Notes under the pieces: model-generated | Database searches by the model: none | Told to the model about the DNA's origin: nothing | Seen by the model: the letters and a program-made list of their open reading frames with translations, nothing else | Shown here: in pieces, positions 46,701-56,159 of the stretch | Layout of the letters: every line of letters starts with the position of its first letter | How positions within the stretch are numbered: the stretch's first letter is position 1 | Made by a program: the position numbers and the translations under genes | From: an uncultured virus (IMG/VR IMGVR_UViG_3300008107_000530) | Taxonomy: Duplodnaviria; Heunggongvirae; Uroviricota; Caudoviricetes | Length of the DNA stretch: 64,000 nucleotides | Direction: 5' to 3' (one strand) | Virus record (IMG/VR): IMGVR_UViG_3300008107_000530

Positions 46701-47376
46701 TGCGGGGTAAGGTGAACGTCGGTGTGGGTGTCGGACCTACGAAACCAGTTGGTAATGGGGTAGGCCCCGCTATTGCAGGAGCAGCGGTCGGAGCAGCCGT
46801 AGGAGCAGCCGTAGGAGCAGCCGTAGGAGCAGCCGTAGGAGCAGCCGTAGGAGCAGCCGTAGGAGCGCGAGTGACTAGGAGAGTCGGCGCGGGGGTAGTA
46901 GTCGGCGCGGAAGTGACCAAAAGGGTCGGTGCGGGGGTAGGAGCAGCAGTTGGTGCAGGGGTAGGGGCGGGAGTCGGAGCGACCGTAGGGGGTAGAGTAA
47001 ATGTCGGTGCGGGTGTAGGTGCCGCAGTTGGAGCCGGGATATACGGCCCGTATTGCTCGTACGGATCAGAGTACGTCTCTAAATCCGCTTCAGACGCCAA
47101 CGTCTGGTATCCGCTCGTGGGACGAAAAATTGTTGGGGCCGGAGCAGGTGTAGGTGCAAGTGTTGGAGCGACAGTAGGGGGTAGCGTGAACGTCGGTGCT
47201 GGAGTAGGGGCCGGGGCGTAAGTCCCTAAATATCCATTGTTAAGCATCCAGTTAATAGATGCTTGGTCTACGCCCTGACTTAGTAAGGTGTTGGTATCAA
47301 CTTGGTTTTGGTTAAACCAGTTGATTTTCTTCGTGGCATCGTAAGTGCCCCAGTCTGATGGCAGTGCAAGAGCCAT
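43759..47376 (-). CDS. mucin-like Pro/Thr/Ala-repeat virion-region protein (spans assembly gap)
   Basis: (PTAA)n, (PTPA)n, (PAPGPA)n, poly-Pro and PPTT(V/A) repeats around a Gly/Ala-rich core; frame across 44646-44662 Ns unverified. Confidence 0.6.
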   Translation of the reverse strand: MALALPSDWGTYDATKKINWFNQNQVDTNTLLSQGVDQASINWMLNNGYLGTYAPAPTPAPTFTLPPTVAPTLAPTPAPAPTIFRPTSGYQTLASEADLETYSDPYEQYGPYIPAPTAAPTPAPTFTLPPTVAPTPAPTPAPTAAPTPAPTLLVTSAPTTTPAPTLLVTRAPTAAPTAAPTAAPTAAPTAAPTAAPTAAPAIAGPTPLPTGFVGPTPTPTFTLPRTVAPTPAPTPAPTPAPTPAPTPAPTPAPTAAWSWGTNEYDTRTIGEYTYQPVYSQPASAETGEAPGAVEYVYRYKTGQTGAGQPYEIIDRATGQVTGTGQFKEGSRGFFGDFFSTLGGAVETIATDFAPLIMTAMSAGALGPLAGSIGTALGATGATATAIGNAAINAALTVAQGGNLQDALKAAAASGLSQAAVNSVANFAQTTGAQIASQMGGTAGDIAGKAVQGAITGAAGALPSALATGNFGSVLTAAASGAITTGSAGVLQSSGLSSKDIGAAIGIAKGIQSGDLTQVLAGANNFIDSPELGLATSASRLATAISSGNQAAITSAIQGFGSEIDKYQTGKTVSAAYADPSRSQDVLQPTPAPTQPTYSAYTPGAAYLDRNTPVDQLPTPTTDDELNAYVNRLIQENAPTEQYAALPALAVGLARGVPVAIEAVETAMPAIARMAANDPRFAALVARSANPLMQYVATALGLTAAAVIPGDVAAPAPAPTAPAVTVSPEVQQVVITGKRLTPYGYLTDQEMLDIYGFVFPTEGGAAVPKPQPDNQPNPDTRPNVVPVAPPVGPVVPADQPDPAVRPAIVPVPGTPIEPLVTPSPAPGPAPAPGPAPAPAPAPGPAPSPTPLVTFTLPPSPAPAPAPAPGPAPAPGPAPSPTPLVTFTLPPSPAPAPAPAPGPAPAXXXXXXXPSPSPAPGPAPAPGPAPSPSPSPAPGPAPAPGPAPSPSPSPAPGPAPAPGPAPAPAPAPAPEPAPAPGPAPAPAPAPAPEPAPSPSPTPVITFTLPPAPPPPTPAPPPPTPAPPPPPTTVPPTTAPPAPPPPPPPPPPPPPPPPPPPPPPPTTAPPTTVPPTTVPPTTAPPTTAPPVTTAKPISTTGTTGTTGTTPSGLAALPQAREAQYKDLLANVPEPDLETPFYKAWKRQQAEKQREWQQRNQGEQVEQPAPPPAPEQRNVPGPRAVAEAPASQLSSAEQALADLMRLLGR
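46615..46861. repeat. two 12-bp perfect tandem arrays (6 copies each)
   Basis: AGTAGGCGCAGG x6 at 46615-46686; GGAGCAGCCGTA x6 at 46790-46861. Confidence 0.9.
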
Positions 47377-47380
47377 TACC

Positions 47381-48754
47381 TTACCCCGTTAAGTCCCAGA
47401 AGGTCAGAGAGCCCACGGCGTCACCCGTGGTAGCGCCCGACACGGTTCTGATCTGGATGGTGTATATGTCACTGACCCCGGCAAGGGAGGAGCCAAGCTG
47501 CAAGTCCCAGTTATAACCAGCAGGGTCCGCAAGGGGGTTTGTACCACCGCTGCCACTGGAAGTCACGTAGTCGGTTTGAACAATCGTCCCGCCTGTCACC
47601 GCCGTAGCGGTCACATCCATCTCGACGTTGTTTGAGGTCGTAGCAACCCAGGATGCACCAGTCAGCGTGGGGTTCTTCACCAGAGCGACCTCGTAGTTTT
47701 GCGAGGTGGTTGGCAACACTTGAACCCGTTGAGGGAGCACCACTGCACCAAGTCGCGTGGACTTCAGGCGGATGGAAACTATGGGGAGGAATGTGCTGCC
47801 GATGGTGCCAAGGATCGCAGTGCGCCGAGCGATATGCCCGAACGAATACTGCTCATACCCGCCCTCAGAAACAACCGAGGAGCAGATCTGCTTGAGCGTC
47901 CCTGCCACAGCAACAGAGGAAACAATCTCGTAGCGCACCGGCAACGTAGCCGTGCTCATGTAAACAGTGGCTACGTTGTTGGCGTTCTCAAACGTGTGGC
48001 AGACGATGTACTGGCCGTCGATGATGAATCCGCACCGCACAGAGCCAACGCCCAGCCACTCAAAGTCCATCCACAGAATCTGTGCCTTGGACGGGTCAAG
48101 GGTATACCCTGAGTCTCCGGTGCCATCGAGCTTATCCCCGTTCCAGTCAGTTTGGTTGACTGTCCGCGCATCGCTGGGCGTACCGGGCGTGGGGATGGAG
48201 TTTGAACGCAGGACGAAGGAATAGACCCCGTCTACCTTCTGGAAGAACACACCGTTGTCGGTGTTGTAGTAACCAACCCGCTGGGTCAGTCCCGCATTCA
48301 AACTGCTGTCCATCACAAATGTGGAGAGGACGAGTAGACCCTTACCCGGCTGGTACGGGAAAACCCGATACGTCTGCTTGACTACGGAACCCACACCGCC
48401 CGCAGTCACGGCCATGTTTACCGCAGCTTCGTTTGAAGCGTAGGTGGCTGACCCAGTGCCCGTAGTAGTGGTGTCGAACTGGGGATCTGCTTCGTACCGG
48501 CTCTGAGAATCAAACAACGTGTACGGCTGGCTTACACGTACACGCCCAAACGCATCGGTGTTGGTCCCGCCAATGGAAATAGGTACAGGACTTCCGGTAG
48601 TTGCCACGATCTGCTCCAGCAGGTTGTCTAGTTGGTTGAAGTACAACCGCAGAATGTTGACGAGCGCATCAAAGTAGGTGCGGTCATACTCCACCCCTGG
48701 TTTTGGTAGCGCGGGAGCCTTAAACCGCTTGATGAGGCTTACCCAAATACTCAT
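47381..48754 (-). CDS. putative virion structural protein
   Basis: APALP..LRLYFNQLD N-terminus, DAFGRVRVSQP, WLGVG beta-rich domain. Confidence 0.6.
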   Translation of the reverse strand: MSIWVSLIKRFKAPALPKPGVEYDRTYFDALVNILRLYFNQLDNLLEQIVATTGSPVPISIGGTNTDAFGRVRVSQPYTLFDSQSRYEADPQFDTTTTGTGSATYASNEAAVNMAVTAGGVGSVVKQTYRVFPYQPGKGLLVLSTFVMDSSLNAGLTQRVGYYNTDNGVFFQKVDGVYSFVLRSNSIPTPGTPSDARTVNQTDWNGDKLDGTGDSGYTLDPSKAQILWMDFEWLGVGSVRCGFIIDGQYIVCHTFENANNVATVYMSTATLPVRYEIVSSVAVAGTLKQICSSVVSEGGYEQYSFGHIARRTAILGTIGSTFLPIVSIRLKSTRLGAVVLPQRVQVLPTTSQNYEVALVKNPTLTGASWVATTSNNVEMDVTATAVTGGTIVQTDYVTSSGSGGTNPLADPAGYNWDLQLGSSLAGVSDIYTIQIRTVSGATTGDAVGSLTFWDLTG

Positions 48755-50613
48755 CAGCTTTTCCTGCCGTCCTGCTTAATGTCAAGTCGCGGTGCCCCTA
48801 ACTGCCACTGTACGCCAACAGCATCAGACGCAATTTTCAACGCCATCTGCCTACCCCGCACTCGGACATTGATTTGCTGTGTGAACTGTTCAATAGGCAC
48901 AGTTGCAACCCGAGAAATCGCGCCGTTGTTTGTACCACCTTGGGACACAGGACTGTTGTACCCTGAACCCGAGTTTTGTAAAGGGAGGAGTGTAAGCGTG
49001 GCGCTCGGTGTGCCAGCGGTAGACCCACGGAATGTGATATCGGGCAGTACGCGCCAAACGAAACCAAAGCGATCCCCGTCCTCAATGTCAAACTCAGACG
49101 AAGTAATGTACGCGTTGATGGGTACAGGTGTTCCAGTAGTGTTGTCATCAACACCGAACTCGTGATAGACCAGCTTATTGGCGGTTGCGGCTATCGGATA
49201 ATCACTGGTGACGTTGGCATCGATCCAAGCGGTGCGATTCAGCGTGCCGTAGTACCACGCTTTTTCAAGGTAGTTGTAGATTACGTACCTATCGATTTCG
49301 GTACTGCTGGCGGAGCAGTAGAACCACCAGACTTCGTTGAACTGCTCAACGGTGGAAGAAAAAATCTGCTCGTTCTGGTCGTAGTTAAAGTCACTGAAAA
49401 TGTACTGCCGGATATCGCACTCAAGCGTGCTCACGCGACCGTCATAGCTATAAAACTTTTCTTGCCCCATCCAGTAGGTTACGCCTGCCGCGACAGACCA
49501 AGCCCGGTCGCTAAAAATAGACACGTTGTCAGAGAGCAGTTGGGAACCCCAAACAATCGGAGGGCCAAAATACTGCAAAGAATACATGGAAGTGTCGGTC
49601 CAAACCAGAATTTCCTGCCTGACCTGACCAACAGCAACGATCTCTGAGCCGTGGGATAAGCGCAAAGACCCCGCTTGGTTGGTGGCGGCAGGGGTCCAGT
49701 TAACCGCACTTTCCTGATCGCTCCAGCGGATCAGCATAGGATCTTGGGCCGAAGTGCCGTAGTCGTTACACCCAAACACCAGCACAAAACGAGAAGCATC
49801 GGAGACGAGCAAGCTATTTTGGATTACTGGGGCATCAGAAGCTCCAGGCAACGAAGTAAGTGCAACGCCTCTATTAAGCAAACCGCTGCTTGCGTCCCAA
49901 TAGTACAAACCCCCACCGCGAGGCCCAAAGATAAGATCTTCACCAAAGTTCTGGTGGTTCCAGATTCGGAACTCCTTAGTGTTCAGACTGCCTGAACCCC
50001 AGGTGCCGCCACCCCAAGTGCCTGTGCCCCAACCGGAAAGCGGGTATTGAATATCCCCACCGGTAGTAACTTGGTACGCCGCTGTTACCGTCCCCCCTCC
50101 ACCGGGAGGTTGGGTTACCGTTGAACTTGCGTTGCTTCCAGCGTTGATGGTGTATGTGCTGGCGTCAATTACCGTTACGACGTACTCACCAGAAATAGTC
50201 AGCCCACCAACCGCTGTTGCCCCCGAAAAAGTTACATAGTCGCCCGTCAAAGCTCCGTGGTTTGAATCGGTAACGGTTACCGTCGGCAAGCTGATTGTGG
50301 TAGAAAACGGGTTTGTCAGAACAACGCTGCGCCGAATCGGTGTGATGTCGTAGTACACACCACCAAAGGTGATGTAATACTTTAGGTTGGTGCCAACGCC
50401 GAGCAATCCAGAGTAAGAGAAGGTTGACCACGGCCACAGCGCCCTGCAGATCCCAAGGTATGTAGTCGTGGAGAATTGCTGCCACCCACCAATTTTCTCA
50501 GGCGTACCTTGGCGGAACCGTACCTTGTCGCAATCGTACCAACCACCTTCAGTGGTATAGCGCGTGTTTTCGCGGTTTACGCCCGGTTTGAATACTATCT
50601 TCTTGAGTGGCAT
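48754..50613 (-). CDS. tail nozzle / packaged-DNA stabilization-like protein
   Basis: MPLKKIVFKPG..VRFRQGTPEKIGGW, IRWSDQE..W, NEVWWFY; start set at ATG 50613. Confidence 0.7.
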   Translation of the reverse strand: MPLKKIVFKPGVNRENTRYTTEGGWYDCDKVRFRQGTPEKIGGWQQFSTTTYLGICRALWPWSTFSYSGLLGVGTNLKYYITFGGVYYDITPIRRSVVLTNPFSTTISLPTVTVTDSNHGALTGDYVTFSGATAVGGLTISGEYVVTVIDASTYTINAGSNASSTVTQPPGGGGTVTAAYQVTTGGDIQYPLSGWGTGTWGGGTWGSGSLNTKEFRIWNHQNFGEDLIFGPRGGGLYYWDASSGLLNRGVALTSLPGASDAPVIQNSLLVSDASRFVLVFGCNDYGTSAQDPMLIRWSDQESAVNWTPAATNQAGSLRLSHGSEIVAVGQVRQEILVWTDTSMYSLQYFGPPIVWGSQLLSDNVSIFSDRAWSVAAGVTYWMGQEKFYSYDGRVSTLECDIRQYIFSDFNYDQNEQIFSSTVEQFNEVWWFYCSASSTEIDRYVIYNYLEKAWYYGTLNRTAWIDANVTSDYPIAATANKLVYHEFGVDDNTTGTPVPINAYITSSEFDIEDGDRFGFVWRVLPDITFRGSTAGTPSATLTLLPLQNSGSGYNSPVSQGGTNNGAISRVATVPIEQFTQQINVRVRGRQMALKIASDAVGVQWQLGAPRLDIKQDGRKS

Positions 50614-50615
50614 GG

Positions 50616-51119
50616 TTACCCCAAAAACAACGCACGTTCGTCTTTGCGGCGCTTGGCGAGCCCAGGCAACTCTCTGCCGCCGCCCTTGGTCCAAGCCATG
50701 AACGCATCGGCTGCACCTTCAAAGTCACCCCGGTTGTTCTTCATGCGGATGGTGCTTCGCTGGTAGTTGCCTAACCCGGCGTTGAAACTAAAAGAGACCA
50801 CAGCGTCAAATGCGCCTTGACGATCAGCCAGATTAGGAGACAGTCGAAGAGCACCACGCTCAAAAGATGCGACATCTTGGCTGAAAAGCTCTTCAATCTC
50901 ATCTCGGCTCCAGACCCGGTTGTCCTCTGGGCGCAGCGGGTACTCCTTGCGGATGACCCCAGTGTAATCGCCTACCCTTGCGACAGGAAGCCTGATCTGT
51001 TCTTGGTACAGAACGTGGCCGTAGCCGATGGTCCAGATGTGCGCAGGGCAAAGGTAAGGCTTCGTCCGATACCCCTCGTATCGGTGCATCAGATCAGCGC
51101 CGACCTTGCTGAGTTTCAC
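50616..51119 (-). CDS. endolysin, lysozyme GH24 family
   Basis: EG..PYLCPA.IWTIGYGH, FDAVVSFSFNAG, W.KGGG..LPGLAKRR..E..LF. Confidence 0.9.
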   Translation of the reverse strand: MKLSKVGADLMHRYEGYRTKPYLCPAHIWTIGYGHVLYQEQIRLPVARVGDYTGVIRKEYPLRPEDNRVWSRDEIEELFSQDVASFERGALRLSPNLADRQGAFDAVVSFSFNAGLGNYQRSTIRMKNNRGDFEGAADAFMAWTKGGGRELPGLAKRRKDERALFLG

Positions 51120-51619
51120 TTCTTGTTCCAGCTACGGGTTCCGAACCAGAACCCAATGATTCCACCCAGCATTGCCATCTCGTCTTCAGAGAAGATCACG
51201 GCGGTCACGCGAATCAAGCTGTCCACATCCTTGATCAACCCAGGCTGGTTAAACGCGTACCAAGCAATCGCTGCGTTGATCGCCACAAGCTCAAGGATGA
51301 AGATGTAGGTCACTGTCGGGCGCACAGTACCGACATAGTTGGCAACCCAGCGAGATGCTTTCTCCAAGACCTTCTCGTCATGCTCCAGAGCCCGCTCGGT
51401 CATGGAGGCTTCGGTCTGCATCTGGACCTGCTCGGTCCTGATCTCTTCCATCCGGGCCTGGGCGGCAAAGCCTTGAGCCGCGAGTTGCAGTTCTCGCTCC
51501 GTCTGCACACGGGCAAGCGCCAGTTCATGCTTCTGGTCAGCACGGTTCTGGAAGAAGTCCAGCAGCTTTGGTAAGCCGGAGATCAACAGGCCACCGAGGG
51601 TGGAAAGAAGAGACAGCAT
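51116..51619 (-). CDS. putative holin (3TM-like)
   Basis: Hydrophobic segments, VRPTVTY and IIGFWFGTR; overlaps endolysin start. Confidence 0.65.
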   Translation of the reverse strand: MLSLLSTLGGLLISGLPKLLDFFQNRADQKHELALARVQTERELQLAAQGFAAQARMEEIRTEQVQMQTEASMTERALEHDEKVLEKASRWVANYVGTVRPTVTYIFILELVAINAAIAWYAFNQPGLIKDVDSLIRVTAVIFSEDEMAMLGGIIGFWFGTRSWNKK

Positions 51620-52090
51620 TTACTTCTCCAGCAAGAAGGTCAGGTTCTTGTGCTTGGGGTACGTCACAGTACGCTGGCCCTCGGGGCACTTGTATGTAAT
51701 CGTTGCAAGCAGCGTAGCCGTCCCAGGCGCGATCTTGTCCTTGGGAGACATTGTCAGTTGGTAGGTGAAGGTGTCCACCTCGGGGCTTGCGGGGCCAGTG
51801 AACTTTGACATGCTCGGCGTGGCTTCGTGGATCACCCCAGACGCATCACGCACCGTGGGCAAAAAGCCTTCAACTGAGCAGTCATCGCGCCGCTTGATAC
51901 GTGCCACCTGCACCGTTATGGGGGCTCCAACCTTGGCAGGCTGGATCTTGAAGTGCTCCGGTGACCACTCCAGAATTGGCTTCTCCGTTGACCACCACCC
52001 AAACTTGTCGCCAGCCGTAAAGCCCCCCACCGCCAATGCGAACGCAGCGGTACAGAACTGAACAACGGGGGTGAGCTTAGGGATTTCCAT
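51620..52090 (-). CDS. hypothetical membrane-anchored protein
   Basis: N-terminal hydrophobic helix, two Cys; adjacent to lysis genes. Confidence 0.55.
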   Translation of the reverse strand: MEIPKLTPVVQFCTAAFALAVGGFTAGDKFGWWSTEKPILEWSPEHFKIQPAKVGAPITVQVARIKRRDDCSVEGFLPTVRDASGVIHEATPSMSKFTGPASPEVDTFTYQLTMSPKDKIAPGTATLLATITYKCPEGQRTVTYPKHKNLTFLLEK

Positions 52091-52110
52091 AGGTTTATGG
52101 TTTTGCCAGC

Positions 52111-54135
52111 TTACGTAAAAAACGCCAGAAGATTGCCTTGGGAAGTAGGGAAGTTGAACGTCCAGTTGACGTTGTTCCCGGCGTTGGTGGAGTTCACTGC
52201 GTAGAAGGTGGACGCGGGGGAGGCGTTGATGTCCTTGACCGAAATAAAGTTGGACACGCTAAACCCGCCACCTGTCTTTGTTAGATTGGCACGAGTGCCA
52301 GAAGACGAGCTTTCAACTGTAATGATGTTCCCAGAGCTTCCGTTTACGTTCCACGCACCGACCGTAGTTGTACCGCTGGCAGGTAGCCTCAGAAAGTAGG
52401 CATTAGTCTTGGTGCTGGTGATGGATGTAAAGGTGTTGTTACCCGATATTGAAATTGCAGCCGCGCCCGTCGACCCACTAATTAACAAGTTATTGTAAGT
52501 AGCCCCACCACCGGCAAAGGAATATGTCACCCCAACCGAAGCCGCAATTTCAATCGTGGATGTTTCTGGGAAAAGAGTAAAAGTACCACTTGCGGTATAA
52601 CTCCACCCAGAAGTGCCAGTGGCTGTCCACGTTCCGGACCCCATATAAACGGTCAAATTTGGGGAGGAGGTGTAACCGGTTGTGGAGTTTTGAACGGAGA
52701 ACCTACCAGAGGTAAGGTTGTAGTTATTAGCTTCAAACAGCCCGCCGTATATGTAGCTATCTGTTTGAACGGACAAATTTGCGTTCAGCCTATAGTTACC
52801 AGCAAAAATTGTGAAGTACAGCTGCTTTCCAGCGGTGTTTATTGTATTAGTTCCATCCCCCAAAAAAGATAGTATCTTGTTGTTGTTGGTAAACGTCAAG
52901 GCCGAACTCAAGGTAAAACTCTTATATACCTCAATATCCACCCCAAGAGAGATTACCCGAGCGCCTAGCGCTGATGCGTTCAAAGCGCCAATACGGGGCA
53001 CGTTAAATGTATATGTGCCAGCCCCAGTGTTGGCATCAAATACAGCCGTGTCTTGAGGTAGGGGTACTGATGCGCCTACTGAGCCCCCAGAAGTAGCCGA
53101 CCATACAGAAGTATTGGAGAAATTACCTGAAGCCACCGCATACCGAGTTACGGCTGCGGGGAATGTGATGTCCGAGTTATTACCCAGGTCTCCTACACGT
53201 TGCCCTGACAGAGCCCAAGGAACCGCCGCGCCGTTGGCGTTTATGTCACGAAAATCCGTGTCTTGAATGGAAACAGCGGCTGCGTTGATTGCCCTTTGCG
53301 TACCTCGAATGTTGCTGTAAACGACGTTACGATCTTGAACGCCTGTGCCAAAGCTGGTAAACGTACCGTTTACCGTAATGTTTGCAGATAGCTCAACCTG
53401 CATATACGACGCGCTCGGTACAATAGAGAGATTATTAAATGTGGTTGCAACAGTAAATTGGTTAAAAGCTAAAACGCTACCATTTATTGTTACGTTGTAC
53501 AGCGTATATGGCCCCCCCGAGGGTATTTGTACAACCCCAGTGGTTATGGTTGATGTACCCGCGTTTACAGTAGCGCCCGATAGATATAAAGAGCTACACG
53601 TTATTGTTGAGGACCCCAATACTACAGTGCCGCCAACAGGAGCAAACTGCCCACAGGATATGTTGTAGTTGTTTGTGGTGAAGGTTCCGTTGGCTACTTG
53701 TATCGGCGCAGTATTGGTTAGGGCGTCCTGAAGCGTCCAACCCCCACCAGAACCAAAAAGTATCAGTGCGGAATTACCAACACTCTTACCGTTTGTGGTA
53801 ATTGTCTTACCAGAAGTCGTAGCGGCAAACGCAAGATTGCTGCTGGCGGACCATGTCATGCCAGCGGATACAACCAAGTTACCGTATATGTATATTTCCG
53901 GCGTGTTTGAAACGCTAAAGATTGTGCCGGTGAACCCGGAAAAATTCAGGTTATTGCAGTTGGCGTTGACTGTTGAAATTGTTACCGTGCCAGAACCAGA
54001 GCTAGCGTCAAAAAAGACATTATCGGCAGAGGTTGGAACAGATGCACCACCAGCACCACCAGAAGTGGCGGACCACTTGGTCCCAGCCGTGCCGTCCCAA
54101 TTTGCGGTGCCGCCGACCCAGTAACGATCTGCCAT
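52111..54135 (-). CDS. tail fibre/adhesin-like beta-rich protein
   Basis: RYWVGG..WSATSGG.GASVP..FDA.SG.GT unit present twice; Ser/Thr/Gly/Asn-rich. Confidence 0.65.
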   Translation of the reverse strand: MADRYWVGGTANWDGTAGTKWSATSGGAGGASVPTSADNVFFDASSGSGTVTISTVNANCNNLNFSGFTGTIFSVSNTPEIYIYGNLVVSAGMTWSASSNLAFAATTSGKTITTNGKSVGNSALILFGSGGGWTLQDALTNTAPIQVANGTFTTNNYNISCGQFAPVGGTVVLGSSTITCSSLYLSGATVNAGTSTITTGVVQIPSGGPYTLYNVTINGSVLAFNQFTVATTFNNLSIVPSASYMQVELSANITVNGTFTSFGTGVQDRNVVYSNIRGTQRAINAAAVSIQDTDFRDINANGAAVPWALSGQRVGDLGNNSDITFPAAVTRYAVASGNFSNTSVWSATSGGSVGASVPLPQDTAVFDANTGAGTYTFNVPRIGALNASALGARVISLGVDIEVYKSFTLSSALTFTNNNKILSFLGDGTNTINTAGKQLYFTIFAGNYRLNANLSVQTDSYIYGGLFEANNYNLTSGRFSVQNSTTGYTSSPNLTVYMGSGTWTATGTSGWSYTASGTFTLFPETSTIEIAASVGVTYSFAGGGATYNNLLISGSTGAAAISISGNNTFTSITSTKTNAYFLRLPASGTTTVGAWNVNGSSGNIITVESSSSGTRANLTKTGGGFSVSNFISVKDINASPASTFYAVNSTNAGNNVNWTFNFPTSQGNLLAFFT

Positions 54136-55056
54136 TTAGACCTCCGAGGCGATGCCCACTACATCCCAGAAACCTGCGTCTGAGTTGTATACGCACCCAA
54201 CATAGATGGTTTTGTTAATGGTAGTCGTGGTAGGCAGCACGGTGCCGATGACACGGTAGCCGCCAGCAGTGATAGTCCAAGAAATTGTCCGAGACGTCCC
54301 GTTATCCTTGATCCGAATCATCAGCTTCTGTCCGTTGACGGGAGTACCCGAGGGGGCGGCAATTGCTGTGTTGGTCGCTAGTGCTGTGATGGTATAAACA
54401 TCACAAGTGTCCGCTGTGGGAGTGATGGTAGCCGAGCTTGCAACCGTGTCTACCCGAGGGTTCACCCGCTTGTTTGTCAGCGTTTCTGTACCCGCCAAAG
54501 TCGCCAACGTGCCGGTTGTAGGCAGCGTAACAGACGTTGTATTGGTCGCGGTAAACGTGATGCCAAAAGCACCGACCGTCGTAAACGCATTGGCAAAGGT
54601 AGCGTTACCCCCCAAGGACAGCGTGTACCCGCCGATAGTGAAGGAACTCAGGTTGGTGATGGCATCTACTACGCTTGTCCCATTGCAGTACAACGCCATC
54701 GTCTTGCCGTTGGGAACTGAGATCCCTGCACCAGACAGCGTTTTCAACGTCAAAGCATACCCGCCCGTGACGTTGTTAGACAGGAAATACAGCTTACTTA
54801 CAGCAGGGCAGATTACATTACGGGCCGCACCGGGGGAGCCGGTAGCCACAATAAACATCTTTCGCGCTTCGTTTGTGCCACCGTCTGTGTTGGTCAGGGT
54901 GTAATCGGAACCCGCAATCGTTATGTTGGCAGTCCCTGCTACTGCATCGTCAACGAGCTGTGTAATGCCGGTGTTGACGATATTGCCCCACGTGCCGGAG
55001 TTTTCACCTGTTGCCGGAAGCGTCAGGCGCAGGCTGGTGGTATAGGTTGACGGCAT
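54136..55056 (-). CDS. putative tail fibre/structural protein
   Basis: MPSTYT..L.LPATGENSGTWG..N, TLTNK linker, C-terminal fibre-like domain. Confidence 0.65.
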   Translation of the reverse strand: MPSTYTTSLRLTLPATGENSGTWGNIVNTGITQLVDDAVAGTANITIAGSDYTLTNTDGGTNEARKMFIVATGSPGAARNVICPAVSKLYFLSNNVTGGYALTLKTLSGAGISVPNGKTMALYCNGTSVVDAITNLSSFTIGGYTLSLGGNATFANAFTTVGAFGITFTATNTTSVTLPTTGTLATLAGTETLTNKRVNPRVDTVASSATITPTADTCDVYTITALATNTAIAAPSGTPVNGQKLMIRIKDNGTSRTISWTITAGGYRVIGTVLPTTTTINKTIYVGCVYNSDAGFWDVVGIASEV

Positions 55057-55064
55057 GTGTTACC

Positions 55065-55493
55065 TCAAGGAAAGCGGAGCAGAGCAGTGGTGGGCGTGGC
55101 GGCGGGTAGCTGCACCGTGAAGGTAGTGGTCGAGGTCTTGTCCGCGCCAAAGTCCAAAATTGCCACCGAGCGATCTGCCTTGCTGGAGTTGTAGATCAGC
55201 GCCCCACGGGCCGTCAGGGCCGCGTTAAACACCGGGTTGTCGAAGGTGACGTAAACGGGAGCAGGTTGCGTTGTCGTTGCAGGCCCCGTCGTGATCGTCA
55301 CTCCAGTCAAAACCAAACCACCTGCGGTGTATCCGCTGGCTACAACTTCCCCGGTGAGCGTGTAAACCTGGGTGGTCGGGTACAGATCCGCAACGCTCGT
55401 GTAGAGCGCCATCTTCAGGATGTCAGTGTCAAGGTCATGAACACCTTGCAGCATCTCCGAGCGGAATGAGTTGGTAACGCACTGGATAAGCAT
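55065..55493 (-). CDS. virion structural protein
   Basis: SF..E.L.G.H..KMALYT..GYTAGG..TARGALIYN..LDFGADK. Confidence 0.7.
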   Translation of the reverse strand: MLIQCVTNSFRSEMLQGVHDLDTDILKMALYTSVADLYPTTQVYTLTGEVVASGYTAGGLVLTGVTITTGPATTTQPAPVYVTFDNPVFNAALTARGALIYNSSKADRSVAILDFGADKTSTTTFTVQLPAATPTTALLRFP

Positions 55494-56141
55494 TTACACC
55501 ACCTCAGTTCGGACCTGCCCCGAACGATACGCATCCTGTCGATCCTTGCCGTCACCCAAGTTCTTCAACAACGTCAAAGACTGGACGTACTGTTTGCTGG
55601 CTTCCGCCACAACGTCAGGCTCCTGCTTCATCCACCGAGCAACTTCAACCAGCACCGCGTTAAACAGTACGCTGTCAAAGTTGTCGCCAAGCCATGTGGT
55701 AGTAGCCGTGACAATGCTCTCTGGGTAGTAGAAGTAGTTCAGTTCTGCTGTCAGCGCAGCGGCGGGCGTGGGCCCCAACAGGAAGGATTGGACCTTCGGA
55801 GTTCCCGTCTGCGTGCCGTACAGAGCGTAATACTTCGGCGTTCCAGTAACGGCAACACTTGGGAAAGACTCCCGCATGAAGTTCACATCCTTGTTCAGCA
55901 GAAAGCTGAACTCCCCAGCGACGGTCACGCCCAAAGAAAAAGCTGAAAGGAAGTCAGCCGGGACAACAAGCAGTGGGTTGCCGATGACCAGCGTAAGGTT
56001 TGAAGTCTTACGTAGGTTGGGGAGTTGCACCGAGTTGTAGATGCGCTGCTCCGCCAACTTCGTCATTGTGGCAAAGTCAGCCGACGAGAACGTGTTCTCT
56101 ACCGCGTCCTGAACAGCGGTCTGCAACTCGGTGTAGTTCAT
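55494..56141 (-). CDS. putative head-tail adaptor protein
   Basis: MNYTEL..AEQRI..GTPKYYA..LGPTP..TTWL. Confidence 0.65.
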   Translation of the reverse strand: MNYTELQTAVQDAVENTFSSADFATMTKLAEQRIYNSVQLPNLRKTSNLTLVIGNPLLVVPADFLSAFSLGVTVAGEFSFLLNKDVNFMRESFPSVAVTGTPKYYALYGTQTGTPKVQSFLLGPTPAAALTAELNYFYYPESIVTATTTWLGDNFDSVLFNAVLVEVARWMKQEPDVVAEASKQYVQSLTLLKNLGDGKDRQDAYRSGQVRTEVV

Positions 56142-56159
56142 AGCATACTTTTTTGTATG

